A stretch of 64,000 nt of DNA from an uncultured Candidatus Saccharibacteria bacterium (GCA_964567825.1 CAZMNX010000001.1:34775-98774); one strand, 5' to 3'; positions 19,540 through 29,235 are shown, counted from the stretch's first letter. The notes: generated from the letters alone by a model not told the origin. Translations and numbers: made by a program.

Positions 19540-20112
19540 ATGACTAAAGTCCAAAAGTATCTTCTGCCCATCACTCTAGTTTTAGCAATCATTTTTGGTG
19601 TTTCTACTTCTCTTTTAAAAAGTAAAAATCCTGGCGATGCCATAAGTAATCTCGGCGCCGCCGTCGTCTCAACTATGGGTTCGGGTAGCAGTAGTTCAAG
19701 GTGGACATGTGATCCAGGTCCCGATCCAAGTGGGTGTGTTCCAGGAACGCATATAATGAAAACTTTCGTATTAAGGGGCTGTGGTTGGACCCAAACATAT
19801 GAAGGCTGCTCAGTTAGTTGTGGTGCAGATCCTATGCTTCCCTATCCCAATCCTATGTCGCGCTGTTCTGGAATTAAAACCATAACAAAAGAGTATAAAA
19901 ACTGTAAGTGGGTAGACGGTAGTCCGAAGTGTGAATATAATAGTTGTTCTTTGGCGCGAAAACCTAGAAATGGCTGCGCTAACAATGTTACCTTAACATC
20001 TTGGAATCTGGACCGAGCTTCCTGCTCGTGGAAACCAGTATATTTACCCTGCAGTATGTATGGTCTGACGAGATGTGATCCAAATATTACAGCTGAAAAT
20101 AAGTGCATCTAA
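19540..20112 (+). CDS. Cys-rich secreted/anchored protein 1, with a leader identical to that of the 20997 gene
   Basis: Signal/TM YLLPITLVLAIIFGV plus a Gly/Ser linker; 21 Cys in 136 aa of the mature part; the first 53 codons plus 21 nt upstream are identical to the paralog. Confidence 0.6.
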   Translation: MTKVQKYLLPITLVLAIIFGVSTSLLKSKNPGDAISNLGAAVVSTMGSGSSSSRWTCDPGPDPSGCVPGTHIMKTFVLRGCGWTQTYEGCSVSCGADPMLPYPNPMSRCSGIKTITKEYKNCKWVDGSPKCEYNSCSLARKPRNGCANNVTLTSWNLDRASCSWKPVYLPCSMYGLTRCDPNITAENKCI

Positions 20113-20948
20113 TGGATAAAAAATACCAAAACTTTTTGGAGGTGCTAGGCCCAAAAAATGCTCTTATTATAGGTTTGGTTAGTGGAATATTATTAATCAG
20201 TACTATCGGTTTCATTGTTCTTGGCTCCATGGCCCTAAACGGCGGAGTAAATTGCTCAGCAAACATTGATACTGATCGACTAGCGACCGACAACGCCCAA
20301 CAGCCTTTGACAGAGGCCCCAAAAACCGACAAACCAAAAGTGGAGTTGTTCGTCATGTCTTATTGTCCGTTTGGATTACAAATGGAAAAAGCTTATTTGC
20401 CAGTCATGGAACTATTGGGTAAAAAAGCTGATATTGATATAAAATTCGTCAATTACGCCATGCACGAGAAGAAAGAAGTTGACGAAAATACCAGACAGTA
20501 CTGTATCCAAAAAGAGCAAACCGAAAAATACACCAACTATCTTAAGTGTTTCGCTTCAACGGACAAATTTGATACTTGTTTAGCCGGTGCGCAAATTGAC
20601 GAATACAAACTAACGGCTTGTATTACTAAGGCTGACAAAGAATTCAAAATTAGCAAATCTTACGACGATAAAGCTAACTGGCTAGGTGGACAGTTCCCCG
20701 CGTATCTTATTCATCAAGACTTAAATGTTAAATATGGCGTGCAGGGCTCCCCAACCCTAGTAATTAACGGAGTTCAAGCCGAAGCCGATAGAACCCCAGA
20801 AGCGGTCAAAACAGCCATTTGCAACGCTTTTAACCAGAAACCAGCCGAATGCTCAACAACATTAAGTAACCAAGGTTTCCAGCCAGGATTTGGAACTGAA
20901 GTTGAAGCTGCTGGACCTACGGCTGCGTCAACAGACTCATGTAATTAA
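20103..20948 (+). CDS. membrane-anchored thioredoxin-fold protein (DsbA-like, CPFG variant)
   Basis: N-terminal TM, then VMSYCPFG in a thioredoxin-like context; several further Cys; lies between the two Cys-rich genes. Confidence 0.45.
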   Translation: MHLMDKKYQNFLEVLGPKNALIIGLVSGILLISTIGFIVLGSMALNGGVNCSANIDTDRLATDNAQQPLTEAPKTDKPKVELFVMSYCPFGLQMEKAYLPVMELLGKKADIDIKFVNYAMHEKKEVDENTRQYCIQKEQTEKYTNYLKCFASTDKFDTCLAGAQIDEYKLTACITKADKEFKISKSYDDKANWLGGQFPAYLIHQDLNVKYGVQGSPTLVINGVQAEADRTPEAVKTAICNAFNQKPAECSTTLSNQGFQPGFGTEVEAAGPTAASTDSCN

Positions 20949-20996
20949 AATTAATACTGTGTTAAGATTAGTGGGTTTATTACTAATCTTAATCTA

Positions 20997-21632
20997 ATGA
21001 CTAAAGTCCAAAAGTATCTTCTGCCCATCACTCTAGTTTTAGCAATCATTTTTGGTGTTTCTACTTCTCTTTTAAAAAGTAAAAATCCTGGCGATGCCAT
21101 AAGTAATCTCGGCGCCGCCGTCGTCTCAACTATGGGTTCGGGTAGCAGTTCGAGTAACGGGCCTTGTTCGAATGGCAGGCCATGTTGTGGCGGTAGGCCG
21201 TACTCTGGTTTCGAACGTTGTTGCAATGGCGTAATATACGATAGTGAATCTTGGCAGGGCATTAATCCAGATGGCAGTATCAGTGACCATGACCGAGTTT
21301 GTTGTGGTGGTAGGGTTGTGGTAGTTGGGAATGATAGTCGCTGGGTAGGTACTATATGTTGTCAAAATATCAATACTGTTAAGACTTATAATCGTCGCCA
21401 TTGGGATTGTAGCTCCACGGGAATATGTCTACTAAATGAGACCAGAGTTTGTGGTGGTTGCGCAAATCAGCCTAATCCACTAGAGGCACCTTATTGTGTT
21501 CAATATGATACGGGGGCACATATGATTCACCGCACATGGAATAGTCAAAGATGTGCTTATGGTGATTTCCAATGGACCGATTGTGGTCCTGGTTCTCGAT
21601 GTAATAGCACAGGGACAGCTTGTCAAAGATAG
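20997..21632 (+). CDS. Cys-rich secreted/anchored protein 2, with the identical leader module
   Basis: Same 53-aa N-terminus, then a different Cys-rich domain (CCGG repeats; 26 Cys). Confidence 0.6.
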   Translation: MTKVQKYLLPITLVLAIIFGVSTSLLKSKNPGDAISNLGAAVVSTMGSGSSSSNGPCSNGRPCCGGRPYSGFERCCNGVIYDSESWQGINPDGSISDHDRVCCGGRVVVVGNDSRWVGTICCQNINTVKTYNRRHWDCSSTGICLLNETRVCGGCANQPNPLEAPYCVQYDTGAHMIHRTWNSQRCAYGDFQWTDCGPGSRCNSTGTACQR

Positions 21633-21668
21633 TTTTGTTTTGGTGTCTGATTTTTATGCTATAATAGT

Positions 21669-22136
21669 GTGAGTATGGAAAAAGTATCACTTACTTGGCA
21701 AGCACCTGAATATAGTCATTACAAAAGGAGTACTGACTGGTTTTGGGCGGTGGGAATTATTACTATCTGCATTGCGATATTAGCCTTCGTTTTTCACAAT
21801 GCCCTTTTTGGAATTTTAATTTTATTATCTGCCGGTATCTTAGTTTTTTATACTATTCGTGAGCCCGGCACGGTTGAGTATGAAATAAATCAACGCGGTA
21901 TTGTAATTGGTAAGGAATTACACCCCTATCTGACGATCGAAGCTTTTTGGATTGAAACTCGTACCGGTGAACCAAAAATAATTTTGCGTTCGAAAAAAAA
22001 TGTCTTGCCTTACATTATAATTCCCCTCCATGAGGAAAGTGTAGACGATGTCGCCTCGGTTTTATCTGAATTTCTGGAAGAAAAAGAATTGCAAGAACCG
22101 GCCTCTCATAAAATCATGGAGTATTTGGGTTTTTAG
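21669..22136 (+). CDS. hypothetical membrane protein (two TM, PH-like C-terminus?)
   Basis: ORF with two hydrophobic helices (WFWAVGIITICIAILAFVF, LFGILILLSAGILVF). Confidence 0.35.
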   Translation: MSMEKVSLTWQAPEYSHYKRSTDWFWAVGIITICIAILAFVFHNALFGILILLSAGILVFYTIREPGTVEYEINQRGIVIGKELHPYLTIEAFWIETRTGEPKIILRSKKNVLPYIIIPLHEESVDDVASVLSEFLEEKELQEPASHKIMEYLGF

Positions 22137-22179
22137 TCTTCTTATGTTAAAGTCTCTTTTAAGCTCCTAGCGGAGTAAT

Positions 22180-22254
22180 GCTCTCGTCGTTCAATGGATA
22201 GGACACTTCCCTGCGAAGGAAGAAATCCAGGTTCGATTCCTGGTGGGGGCACCA
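22180..22254 (+). tRNA. tRNA-Arg (anticodon GCG by hand folding), encoded CCA
   Basis: Acceptor GCTCTCG/TGGGGGC (three G-U pairs), D-arm GTTC-AATGGATA-GGAC, anticodon stem CTTCC/GGAAG with loop CTGCGAA, T-arm CCAGG-TTCGATT-CCTGG, then ACCA. Confidence 0.6.
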
Positions 22255-22287
22255 TAATAAAAAACCACCCATTCATTGGGTGATTTT

Positions 22288-22554
22288 TTATTTACTATTT
22301 TTTGCTATAAGTTTGGCTAATCTAGATTTCTTTCTTGAAGCCGTATTCTTGTGAATTAAGTGGGTCTTGCAAGCTTTATCTATCGCCTGATAAGCGGTAG
22401 CCAATAAAGCCTCAGCTTCTTTAACTTTCTTTTCTGATACTAGTTTTTTAATTTTCTTAACTGTCTCAGAAATCGCATCTTTTCGGCGAGCATTAAAAAG
22501 TGCCTTATTTTTTGAGGCGCGTAGGGCTTTTTTGGCTGATGAAGTAATCGGCAT
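22288..22554 (-). CDS. rpsT: 30S ribosomal protein S20
   Basis: MPITSSAKKALRASKNKALFNARRK... typical S20. Confidence 0.85.
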   Translation of the reverse strand: MPITSSAKKALRASKNKALFNARRKDAISETVKKIKKLVSEKKVKEAEALLATAYQAIDKACKTHLIHKNTASRKKSRLAKLIAKNSK

Positions 22555-22621
22555 TGATTTATTTATAACTTAACTGTCTGCCTAACTTAACATAAAGTTA
22601 ACTAGAATGCAAGAAGTGTCC

Positions 22622-23338
22622 TTAGCGAATAATCTTGTAATCCGACTTCTTTTGTAAAAAATGAGGTAGATTAGCAACGACAATCCACTGAAAAAATAAC
22701 CTCCACCAACCAACCCGCTCGAATCGTCTGGTTGAGGTTAGGACCGTTTTGGTTTGGAAGAAAACAAATTTACCAAATTTAAGCGCTTGTTTAAGAAACT
22801 TCAGGTCTTCCCCGGCCGATAATTGTTCATCAAATTTAATATTTCCAAGAATAGAAGACTTTACAATTTGAATTGAATAAGAAACCTTAAATAAGCGATG
22901 GCACAAATCATAAAAGGCAAACCACAACTTCGCCCTATTAGAAAAAGGATCGGGTTCAAGTGAGGTCGTGCCCGCAACATAGTTCTTCGAATTATTATTC
23001 TGCAAAAAAATATTTAAATCATTTAAGAAATCTGACTTCAGGACGGTGTCGGCATCAAGAAAAACCGTCCAATCGCTACCAGCCTTTATCATGCTGATGC
23101 CAAGATTTCGCGCCGCCGAAACTCCTTTTTTCGGAGAGGAAATAACTTCAATATTGTTGCCAGCAAAAGCCCTGGCCTTTTCAAAAGTTTTATCGGTTGA
23201 GCCGTTTTCTATAGTTAAAACAGTGTACTTGTCCTTAGGATAATTGAGCTCGGTCAGATGTCTTAACGTGGCCTCAATATACTTCTCCTCGTTATGGGCC
23301 GGGATAATTATCGAAAAAAATAAGTGCTGATTTTCCAT
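22622..23338 (-). CDS. GT2 family glycosyltransferase
   Basis: IIIPAHNEEKYI N-terminus and DADTV (DXD). Confidence 0.7.
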   Translation of the reverse strand: MENQHLFFSIIIPAHNEEKYIEATLRHLTELNYPKDKYTVLTIENGSTDKTFEKARAFAGNNIEVISSPKKGVSAARNLGISMIKAGSDWTVFLDADTVLKSDFLNDLNIFLQNNNSKNYVAGTTSLEPDPFSNRAKLWFAFYDLCHRLFKVSYSIQIVKSSILGNIKFDEQLSAGEDLKFLKQALKFGKFVFFQTKTVLTSTRRFERVGWWRLFFQWIVVANLPHFLQKKSDYKIIR

Positions 23339-23346
23339 ATAACAGT

Positions 23347-23940
23347 TTAGTTATTTTCTAATTTCTTGCCTAAATATTTAATATATCTAAAAATTAAGAC
23401 AATAATTACTAGGCCGGCGGCCACTAAAAATATCTTACCGGCCACACTTGTAATCTGCACATAAAGATTTCCGAAATAAAAGCCGATAGCGAGAAGCACG
23501 CCGGACCAAATCAATTGACCGAGGACATTAATAAACACATAGCGCCAAAAAGGAATTTTTGACAGGCCGGCCGTAAATAAAACAACGATGGCAAAGCCTA
23601 GGCCGTTACTAATCTTAGACAAAAATAAAACCGGATTTTTGTACTGGTGAAATAAATCCGAAGCCTTGGTAATGTGATCCTCAGTAATGTTAAAACGTTT
23701 ACCAAAACGGGTGGCGAAGCCGTGGCCATAACGAAATCCCAAATAATACCAGACCACATCTCCGATCAAATCTCCCAACATTAATGAAACATAGAGTGGA
23801 ATTAGGCTAAAATAGCCAGCAAACAATAGACCGCCTAAAAATAGAGACAAAAATGGCCCCTCCAACATGGCAATAATTACTACAACAGCGTAAATCAAGA
23901 TCGAGTGACTTAGACTAAACGCCAGGAGGTATTCGTGCAT
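23347..23940 (-). CDS. DedA/VTT-domain membrane protein
   Basis: Multi-TM protein with a VTT/DedA-like core (GYFSLIPLYVSLMLGDLIGDVVWYYLG). Confidence 0.6.
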   Translation of the reverse strand: MHEYLLAFSLSHSILIYAVVVIIAMLEGPFLSLFLGGLLFAGYFSLIPLYVSLMLGDLIGDVVWYYLGFRYGHGFATRFGKRFNITEDHITKASDLFHQYKNPVLFLSKISNGLGFAIVVLFTAGLSKIPFWRYVFINVLGQLIWSGVLLAIGFYFGNLYVQITSVAGKIFLVAAGLVIIVLIFRYIKYLGKKLENN

Positions 23941-23943
23941 AGA

Positions 23944-24969
23944 TTATTTATCACTATCAAACTTATCCTCAATCGTTTTGATTTTCTCGTGGAGTTTGGT
24001 AATAGATGTGTGAATCTTTTGAGTCAGAGTTGGCGACTCGATCGAAACAACGGCCGCCGAAGCAGTAATTGGTACGACATTTTCAACCGTTCGATCATAA
24101 AGATAAGCACCACCGCCCATCAAACCAAAAACCAAAAGGGAGAGGCTCACCTTGGTATAAAGCATGGCTCGTTTAAAATCCTGAACACTAGTTTTAAATG
24201 GGGATTGGTCCTTAGCCGGCTTGCGAATATCGATATGAGAAGTTAAAAATGGTTTGTTAAAAAAGATTGTCCAAAAGAAGTTCATTGAGTACTTATAGCA
24301 CATGGTCAAAATCCCCTCCTCTTTAAGACGACGGCCGGAAGAATAAATTGGTAGCTTGAAAGTAAAAACTACGGGACCAAGCGGATTTAATTTTTTTGCA
24401 ATATGAGTATCCTCACCCCAAAAGGAAAAATCCGGATTAAAGCCGCCGATCTTTTCTAAGGCCGAACGACGAATCACAAAGTTTCCACCTTGTAACAAGG
24501 AACTGATTCTCAAAACAAAACGATTAACAAAGTAGAAATAATAATCGATCAAATATTGTAATCGAACAATTAGATTCGAATAGATCGGTAGATCATGAAA
24601 GATGAACGGGCCACTTAAGGCGACAAGCTTGGGATTTTTTGAGAATCGATCCATAACCGTATCGATCCAACCGGGAGTGAGGACCGAATCAGAATCGATA
24701 TTAGCAATCAAATCGCCAGAAGAAGCAAGAAAACCAGCCTGCCTAGCGGCCGATAGACCCTTCTTGGGCTCATCAACTACTTTTACCCCAGGAAATGAAG
24801 AAGCAACCTCTTTGGTTCGATCAGTACTGGCATTATTAACCACAATTATCTCCATATCATATAGCCCTTTTTGCTTTTCCTTAAGCACGGCTTCAAGGCA
24901 CATTGGTAGATATGCCTCCTCATTATAGGCCGGTATAATGAAACTTAATTTCATATCTATAGTATACAT
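23944..24969 (-). CDS. GT2 family glycosyltransferase with C-terminal TM
   Basis: IIPAYNEEAYL and DSDS motifs; a TM helix near the C-terminus. Confidence 0.7.
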   Translation of the reverse strand: MYTIDMKLSFIIPAYNEEAYLPMCLEAVLKEKQKGLYDMEIIVVNNASTDRTKEVASSFPGVKVVDEPKKGLSAARQAGFLASSGDLIANIDSDSVLTPGWIDTVMDRFSKNPKLVALSGPFIFHDLPIYSNLIVRLQYLIDYYFYFVNRFVLRISSLLQGGNFVIRRSALEKIGGFNPDFSFWGEDTHIAKKLNPLGPVVFTFKLPIYSSGRRLKEEGILTMCYKYSMNFFWTIFFNKPFLTSHIDIRKPAKDQSPFKTSVQDFKRAMLYTKVSLSLLVFGLMGGGAYLYDRTVENVVPITASAAVVSIESPTLTQKIHTSITKLHEKIKTIEDKFDSDK

Positions 24970-25039
24970 TAAAAATGGTTTTTTTCAATTGTCTAGACCA
25001 GAAGCTTTTACCATAAAAATATGTATAATTAGGCTTATG

Positions 25040-25606
25040 ATCTCGCAGATTACTGGCAAAATAATCCTAAAAACCGAAAAATATCTCGTTATTGATACCA
25101 ATAATATCGGTTATAAAGTTTTTAGTACCAGCACCCTTCTAAATCAAAGCAAGTTGGAAGCTGAAGTAAGGGTTTGGACCTATCTTGCTGTCCGGGAAAA
25201 TGCCCTAGATTTATACGGTTTCGCTGGTAAAGATGAATTAGATTTTTTTGAATTACTCATCACCATTTCGGGCGTCGGGCCCAAAACAGCTTTGGGAATA
25301 TTGAACGTAGCAACCGTTAATTCTCTACGTAAAGCGATTTCCAGCGGCGAAACAGCCCATCTCACTAAAGTTTCGGGCCTAGGTAAAAAAATGGCTGATA
25401 AAATTGTTTTAGAACTAAAAGGAAAATTGGGAAGCTACGAAGAAGTGAGTATGGGACTTAAAGAAGAAATCGATGCCCTCGAAGCTCTAAAATCTTTGGG
25501 TTACTCCCACAAGGAAGGTCGCGAAGCGCTTCAAGAGATTGATAAAAGCATTACCACCACCAGCGGACGGGTCAAAGCCGCCCTAAAACATTTGGGTAAA
25601 AATTAG
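25040..25606 (+). CDS. ruvA: Holliday junction branch migration protein RuvA
   Basis: MISQITGKII..EKYLVIDTNNIGYKV and the helix-hairpin-helix motif ISGVGPKTALGIL; the start was moved to the ATG at 25040. Confidence 0.85.
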   Translation: MSQITGKIILKTEKYLVIDTNNIGYKVFSTSTLLNQSKLEAEVRVWTYLAVRENALDLYGFAGKDELDFFELLITISGVGPKTALGILNVATVNSLRKAISSGETAHLTKVSGLGKKMADKIVLELKGKLGSYEEVSMGLKEEIDALEALKSLGYSHKEGREALQEIDKSITTTSGRVKAALKHLGKN

Positions 25607-25618
25607 TAAAATAAAACT

Positions 25619-26878
25619 ATGATAGAAAAAGTTTTGCGTCGTATCAAAAAAATAATTCCGAAAAAAGTCTTTACCTTTTTTCAGCCAGCTTACCACTATA
25701 GTCTAGCGCTGGCTGGAGCTTTAATTTATCGCCTTCCCTCTCGAAAAATTAAAGTGGTAGCGGTGACCGGTACCAAAGGAAAAACTTCAACCGTCGAACT
25801 CATTAATGCCATTTTGGAAGAAGCAGGTTTTGTTACAGCTCTAGCTAGTACTTTGCGCTTTAAAATCCGAGATGATTCAAAACCAAATATGCTTAAAATG
25901 ACCATGCCTGGTCGGTTTTTCATTCAAAGATTCTTGCGCCAAGCAGTCGACAAACATTGTGACTACATTGTACTTGAGATTTCTTCCGGTGCGGTTTTAC
26001 AGTATCGTCATCTGTTCATAGATTTAGATGCTTTAATTTTTACCAACATTGCACCGGAACATATCGAACAGCATGGTTCATTTGAAAAATATTTGGAAGC
26101 AAAATTAAAAATTGCTAAAGCACTAGAAAAATCACCCAAGAAAAATAAAATCATTGTCGCAAATATTGATGATAAAGAAGGACACAAATTTTTGGCCATT
26201 AATGTTGAAAAAAAGGCCCCCTACTCTCTTAAAGATGGTGAGCCAATAGTGTGCCACGAAAATGGTAGCAAATTTGTCTGCGAAGAAATTGAAATCGAGT
26301 CTAAATTGCCTGGTAAATTTAATGTCTATAATATGTTGGCCGCTATTTCTTATACTCGAGCCCTCGGCATCACCATGGAGACAATCAAAACTGGTCTAGA
26401 AAAAGTAACCGAAATAAAAGGCCGAGCCCAAAAAATCCCAAATAATTTAGGAATAGACGTGGTTGTTGATTATGCCCATACCCCAGACTCACTTAAGGCA
26501 ATTTACGAAGCCTTTCCTCAAAAAAAGATTTGTGTTTTAGGAAACTGTGGCGGTGGTCGTGATAAATGGAAAAGAAAAGAAATGTCGGCAATTGCTGATA
26601 AATATTGTTCAGAAATAATCGTGACCGACGAGGATCCCTATGACGACGATCCGTTGGAAATCGCCCAGCAAATGGCCGCCGAAATTAAAAATAAAAAACC
26701 AAAATTAATTATTGATCGCCGTGAAGCCATCGCTTCGGCCATAAAACTTGCCCAGAAAGGCGATGCTGTATTAATAACTGGCAAAGGTACCGATCCCTAT
26801 ATCATGCGGGCTAACGGTAAAAAAGAGCCCTGGAGCGACGCGAAAGTGGCCGAGGAAGAGATTAAGAAGTTAAGCTAA
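25619..26878 (+). CDS. Mur ligase family protein (MurE-like; lacks a recognizable N-terminal domain)
   Basis: VTGTKGKTST P-loop, EISSGAVLQYRHLF, TNIAPEHIEQHGSFEKY, DYAHTPDSL; 419 aa. Confidence 0.55.
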   Translation: MIEKVLRRIKKIIPKKVFTFFQPAYHYSLALAGALIYRLPSRKIKVVAVTGTKGKTSTVELINAILEEAGFVTALASTLRFKIRDDSKPNMLKMTMPGRFFIQRFLRQAVDKHCDYIVLEISSGAVLQYRHLFIDLDALIFTNIAPEHIEQHGSFEKYLEAKLKIAKALEKSPKKNKIIVANIDDKEGHKFLAINVEKKAPYSLKDGEPIVCHENGSKFVCEEIEIESKLPGKFNVYNMLAAISYTRALGITMETIKTGLEKVTEIKGRAQKIPNNLGIDVVVDYAHTPDSLKAIYEAFPQKKICVLGNCGGGRDKWKRKEMSAIADKYCSEIIVTDEDPYDDDPLEIAQQMAAEIKNKKPKLIIDRREAIASAIKLAQKGDAVLITGKGTDPYIMRANGKKEPWSDAKVAEEEIKKLS

Positions 26879-27797
26879 AAACGGTCGCCTTCTTTTCAAA
26901 AAAATTAGTCAGGGCCTTAGCTGTCGCCTCGGCCATTTTGTCCATAAATACCCGACGCATTTCTTTAGTTCTTAATTTGCCTTCATAAATGTAGGCGTAT
27001 TCGATCAAAGCACTTAAAGTGTCCGAGGTATTAAATCGCCCAATTGCAATTAAATCCTGATCCTGAACAACGCCCGCTGATTCTTGGGGCATGGTACTTA
27101 CACCACTAACCGTCGATAGACCAGACAGTAAATCATTGGCCAGTTCAATACTAGAAGTGGAATTTGAATATTGTTTTTCTGGTACATAAATAGCGAAGCC
27201 ACTGAAATTTGGTCGACCGTTTATTTTAGGATTATCATTAAAGTGAATGTGCAGGGTAATATCAATTTTATTCTCATTGGCCCACTTATTTATTCCATAA
27301 AGGTGTGTTGCAACCAAAGTCGGCGCGCTATTATGTTGAACGGAGTCAATTAGATTTATTCTCCCCTCGTTCACCAGGGTCGTCATCTCCTTTTTCTGTT
27401 CGTTTCTCCAATCCTGAATGGCCGCTAGATTATTGGTAAAATAATTATCTAAATCAGTGTTCCATTTATTAAAATCACGAGAAACAACGACTTCAAACTT
27501 ATCATTAGTAGACAAATAAGCTTCTAGTCTTTGCGCCAGGGCCACATTCAAATCTCTTTCAATAATCGATCCGTACTCTGCCCCACCATAATCTGGCTCA
27601 TGGCCCGGTACTAATAAGATCTGAATCTTACCTTGGCTCGGCGCATTATCATATTTCAAAACTACCTCTTTCACGGTTTTACCTTGAGAAAAGAAAACAG
27701 CGGCATATTGTGGAAAGGCTGCGGTGAGTAAATTAACGAGAAGAACGATCATCGCCAAAAGACAAAGTAAGCCGGCAATGATCTGTTTTTTGGTCAT
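26862..27797 (-). CDS. N-acetylmuramoyl-L-alanine amidase (Amidase_3-like), N-terminal TM
   Basis: ILLVPGHEPDYGGAEYGSIIERDLNVALAQRLEAYL and HIHFND resemble Amidase_3 metal-binding regions. Confidence 0.5.
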   Translation of the reverse strand: MTKKQIIAGLLCLLAMIVLLVNLLTAAFPQYAAVFFSQGKTVKEVVLKYDNAPSQGKIQILLVPGHEPDYGGAEYGSIIERDLNVALAQRLEAYLSTNDKFEVVVSRDFNKWNTDLDNYFTNNLAAIQDWRNEQKKEMTTLVNEGRINLIDSVQHNSAPTLVATHLYGINKWANENKIDITLHIHFNDNPKINGRPNFSGFAIYVPEKQYSNSTSSIELANDLLSGLSTVSGVSTMPQESAGVVQDQDLIAIGRFNTSDTLSALIEYAYIYEGKLRTKEMRRVFMDKMAEATAKALTNFFEKKATVFSLTS

Positions 27798-27872
27798 TGA
27801 AATATTATAGCAAAATTATATTTACCTGTAACGCTATTTTACTTTTTACAGCATTGGGCTTAAACTAAAAAT

Positions 27873-28733
27873 ATGCCTGAATTACCCGAAGTCGAAACCC
27901 TAAAAAGAGAGCTGGAAAAATCCTTGATTGGAAAGAAAATAAAAAAAGTAGAGATACTCTGGCCCAAGGCGGTCTCTCCTCTTTTACCAGCGACATTTCA
28001 AAAACACTTAGTTGATCAAAAGATAACCGGCCTAAATCGCCGAGCTAAGATGCTGATCCTAAATATCGGCAAAGAAAAACATCTAGCCTTTCATTTAAAA
28101 ATGACCGGCCAACTCATTTTTGTTCCCCAAAATGATGAAATCGTGGGTGGCGGCCATCCAACGAACGATGTTCAAACACCAGGTAAGCACACTCGCCTAA
28201 TCTTTTCGTTCAGTAACGGCGATCATTTGTATTTTAATGATTTACGTAAATTTGGTTGGTCACGACTTTTAAATAGGGAGGAACTAAAAAACTCAACTAA
28301 ACATTACGGCCCAGAACCACTCGGCCCCGATTTTACACTCGAACATTTCGAAAACATTTTTAAAAGATATCCTGGACGCACAGTGAAACAACTACTTCTT
28401 GATCAAACCCTAATCGCCGGTATTGGTAATATTTATGCCGACGAAGCCGCCTTCCTTTCCGGAGTTTTACCGATGCGAAAAGCCGCTAAAGTCAGCCCGA
28501 AAGAACTGAAGGATTTGCATAAAAACATTATTGCCGTCCTGAATTTGTCCATCAAGCACAAAGGAACGTCTTCCAGAAACTACCGTCGCTCCGATGGCAC
28601 TAAAGGTAACTTCGTCAATAAACTTTTTGTCTATGGTCGCAAAGGTTTACCTTGTAAAAAATGTGGTTCTTCTATTCAAAAAATTAAACACGTCGGTAGG
28701 GGTACGCATTATTGTTCGAGGTGTCAGAAGTAG
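27873..28733 (+). CDS. mutM: formamidopyrimidine-DNA glycosylase
   Basis: MPELPEVET N-terminus and a C-terminal CxxC-x-CxxC zinc finger (CKKCGSSIQKIKHVGRGTHYCSRCQK). Confidence 0.9.
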   Translation: MPELPEVETLKRELEKSLIGKKIKKVEILWPKAVSPLLPATFQKHLVDQKITGLNRRAKMLILNIGKEKHLAFHLKMTGQLIFVPQNDEIVGGGHPTNDVQTPGKHTRLIFSFSNGDHLYFNDLRKFGWSRLLNREELKNSTKHYGPEPLGPDFTLEHFENIFKRYPGRTVKQLLLDQTLIAGIGNIYADEAAFLSGVLPMRKAAKVSPKELKDLHKNIIAVLNLSIKHKGTSSRNYRRSDGTKGNFVNKLFVYGRKGLPCKKCGSSIQKIKHVGRGTHYCSRCQK

Positions 28734-28734
28734 T

Positions 28735-29235
28735 TTAGATTTCTAGCATCCGAAACATCGCCACTCCAAAAGCCACCGAGACGTTAAGGGACTCCTTACT
28801 TCCCAGCATGGGAATCTCGGCAACCTTGTCGGCTAGTTTTAGAATTGACCTGGAGACGCCGTCAACTTCATTGCCAATCACAAAGGCCACTTTTGAACCC
28901 TTAGTGAATTTTATTTTCTTATAATCCACTGATTTATCAGACTGTTCAATACAAACAATTTTAAAGCCCTCTTTTTTTAATTGTTTAATCACCCATAAAG
29001 ATTTCGGGAAATATTCCCAATCAACGTTTATTTCAGCACCCAAAGAAACTTTGGAAATGTCTTCTCGTAACCGCCCAAAACGATCCCGTGGAGTGGGAGT
29101 GGTACCGCAAAGTATAAGCTTGCTAATATCCAAGGCATCGGAAGTTCGAAAAATTGAGCCCACATTGAAAGTGCTGCGGATATTATCTAAAACCACGATG
29201 GTCTCAACCTTGTTTTTTGGTGAATACTTCGACAT
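28735..29235 (-). CDS. SpoU/TrmH-family (SPOUT) RNA 2'-O-methyltransferase
   Basis: VAFVIGNEVDGVS and IPMLGSKESLNVSVAFGVAMF motifs. Confidence 0.7.
   Translation of the reverse strand: MSKYSPKNKVETIVVLDNIRSTFNVGSIFRTSDALDISKLILCGTTPTPRDRFGRLREDISKVSLGAEINVDWEYFPKSLWVIKQLKKEGFKIVCIEQSDKSVDYKKIKFTKGSKVAFVIGNEVDGVSRSILKLADKVAEIPMLGSKESLNVSVAFGVAMFRMLEI

Noticed and set aside
24938-25039. Extended N-terminus of ruvA starting at 24938 (MKLNFISIVYIK...)
   Set aside because: RuvA homologs begin at MISQITGKI and the extension overlaps the upstream GT2 gene start region, so the internal ATG at 25040 was used.
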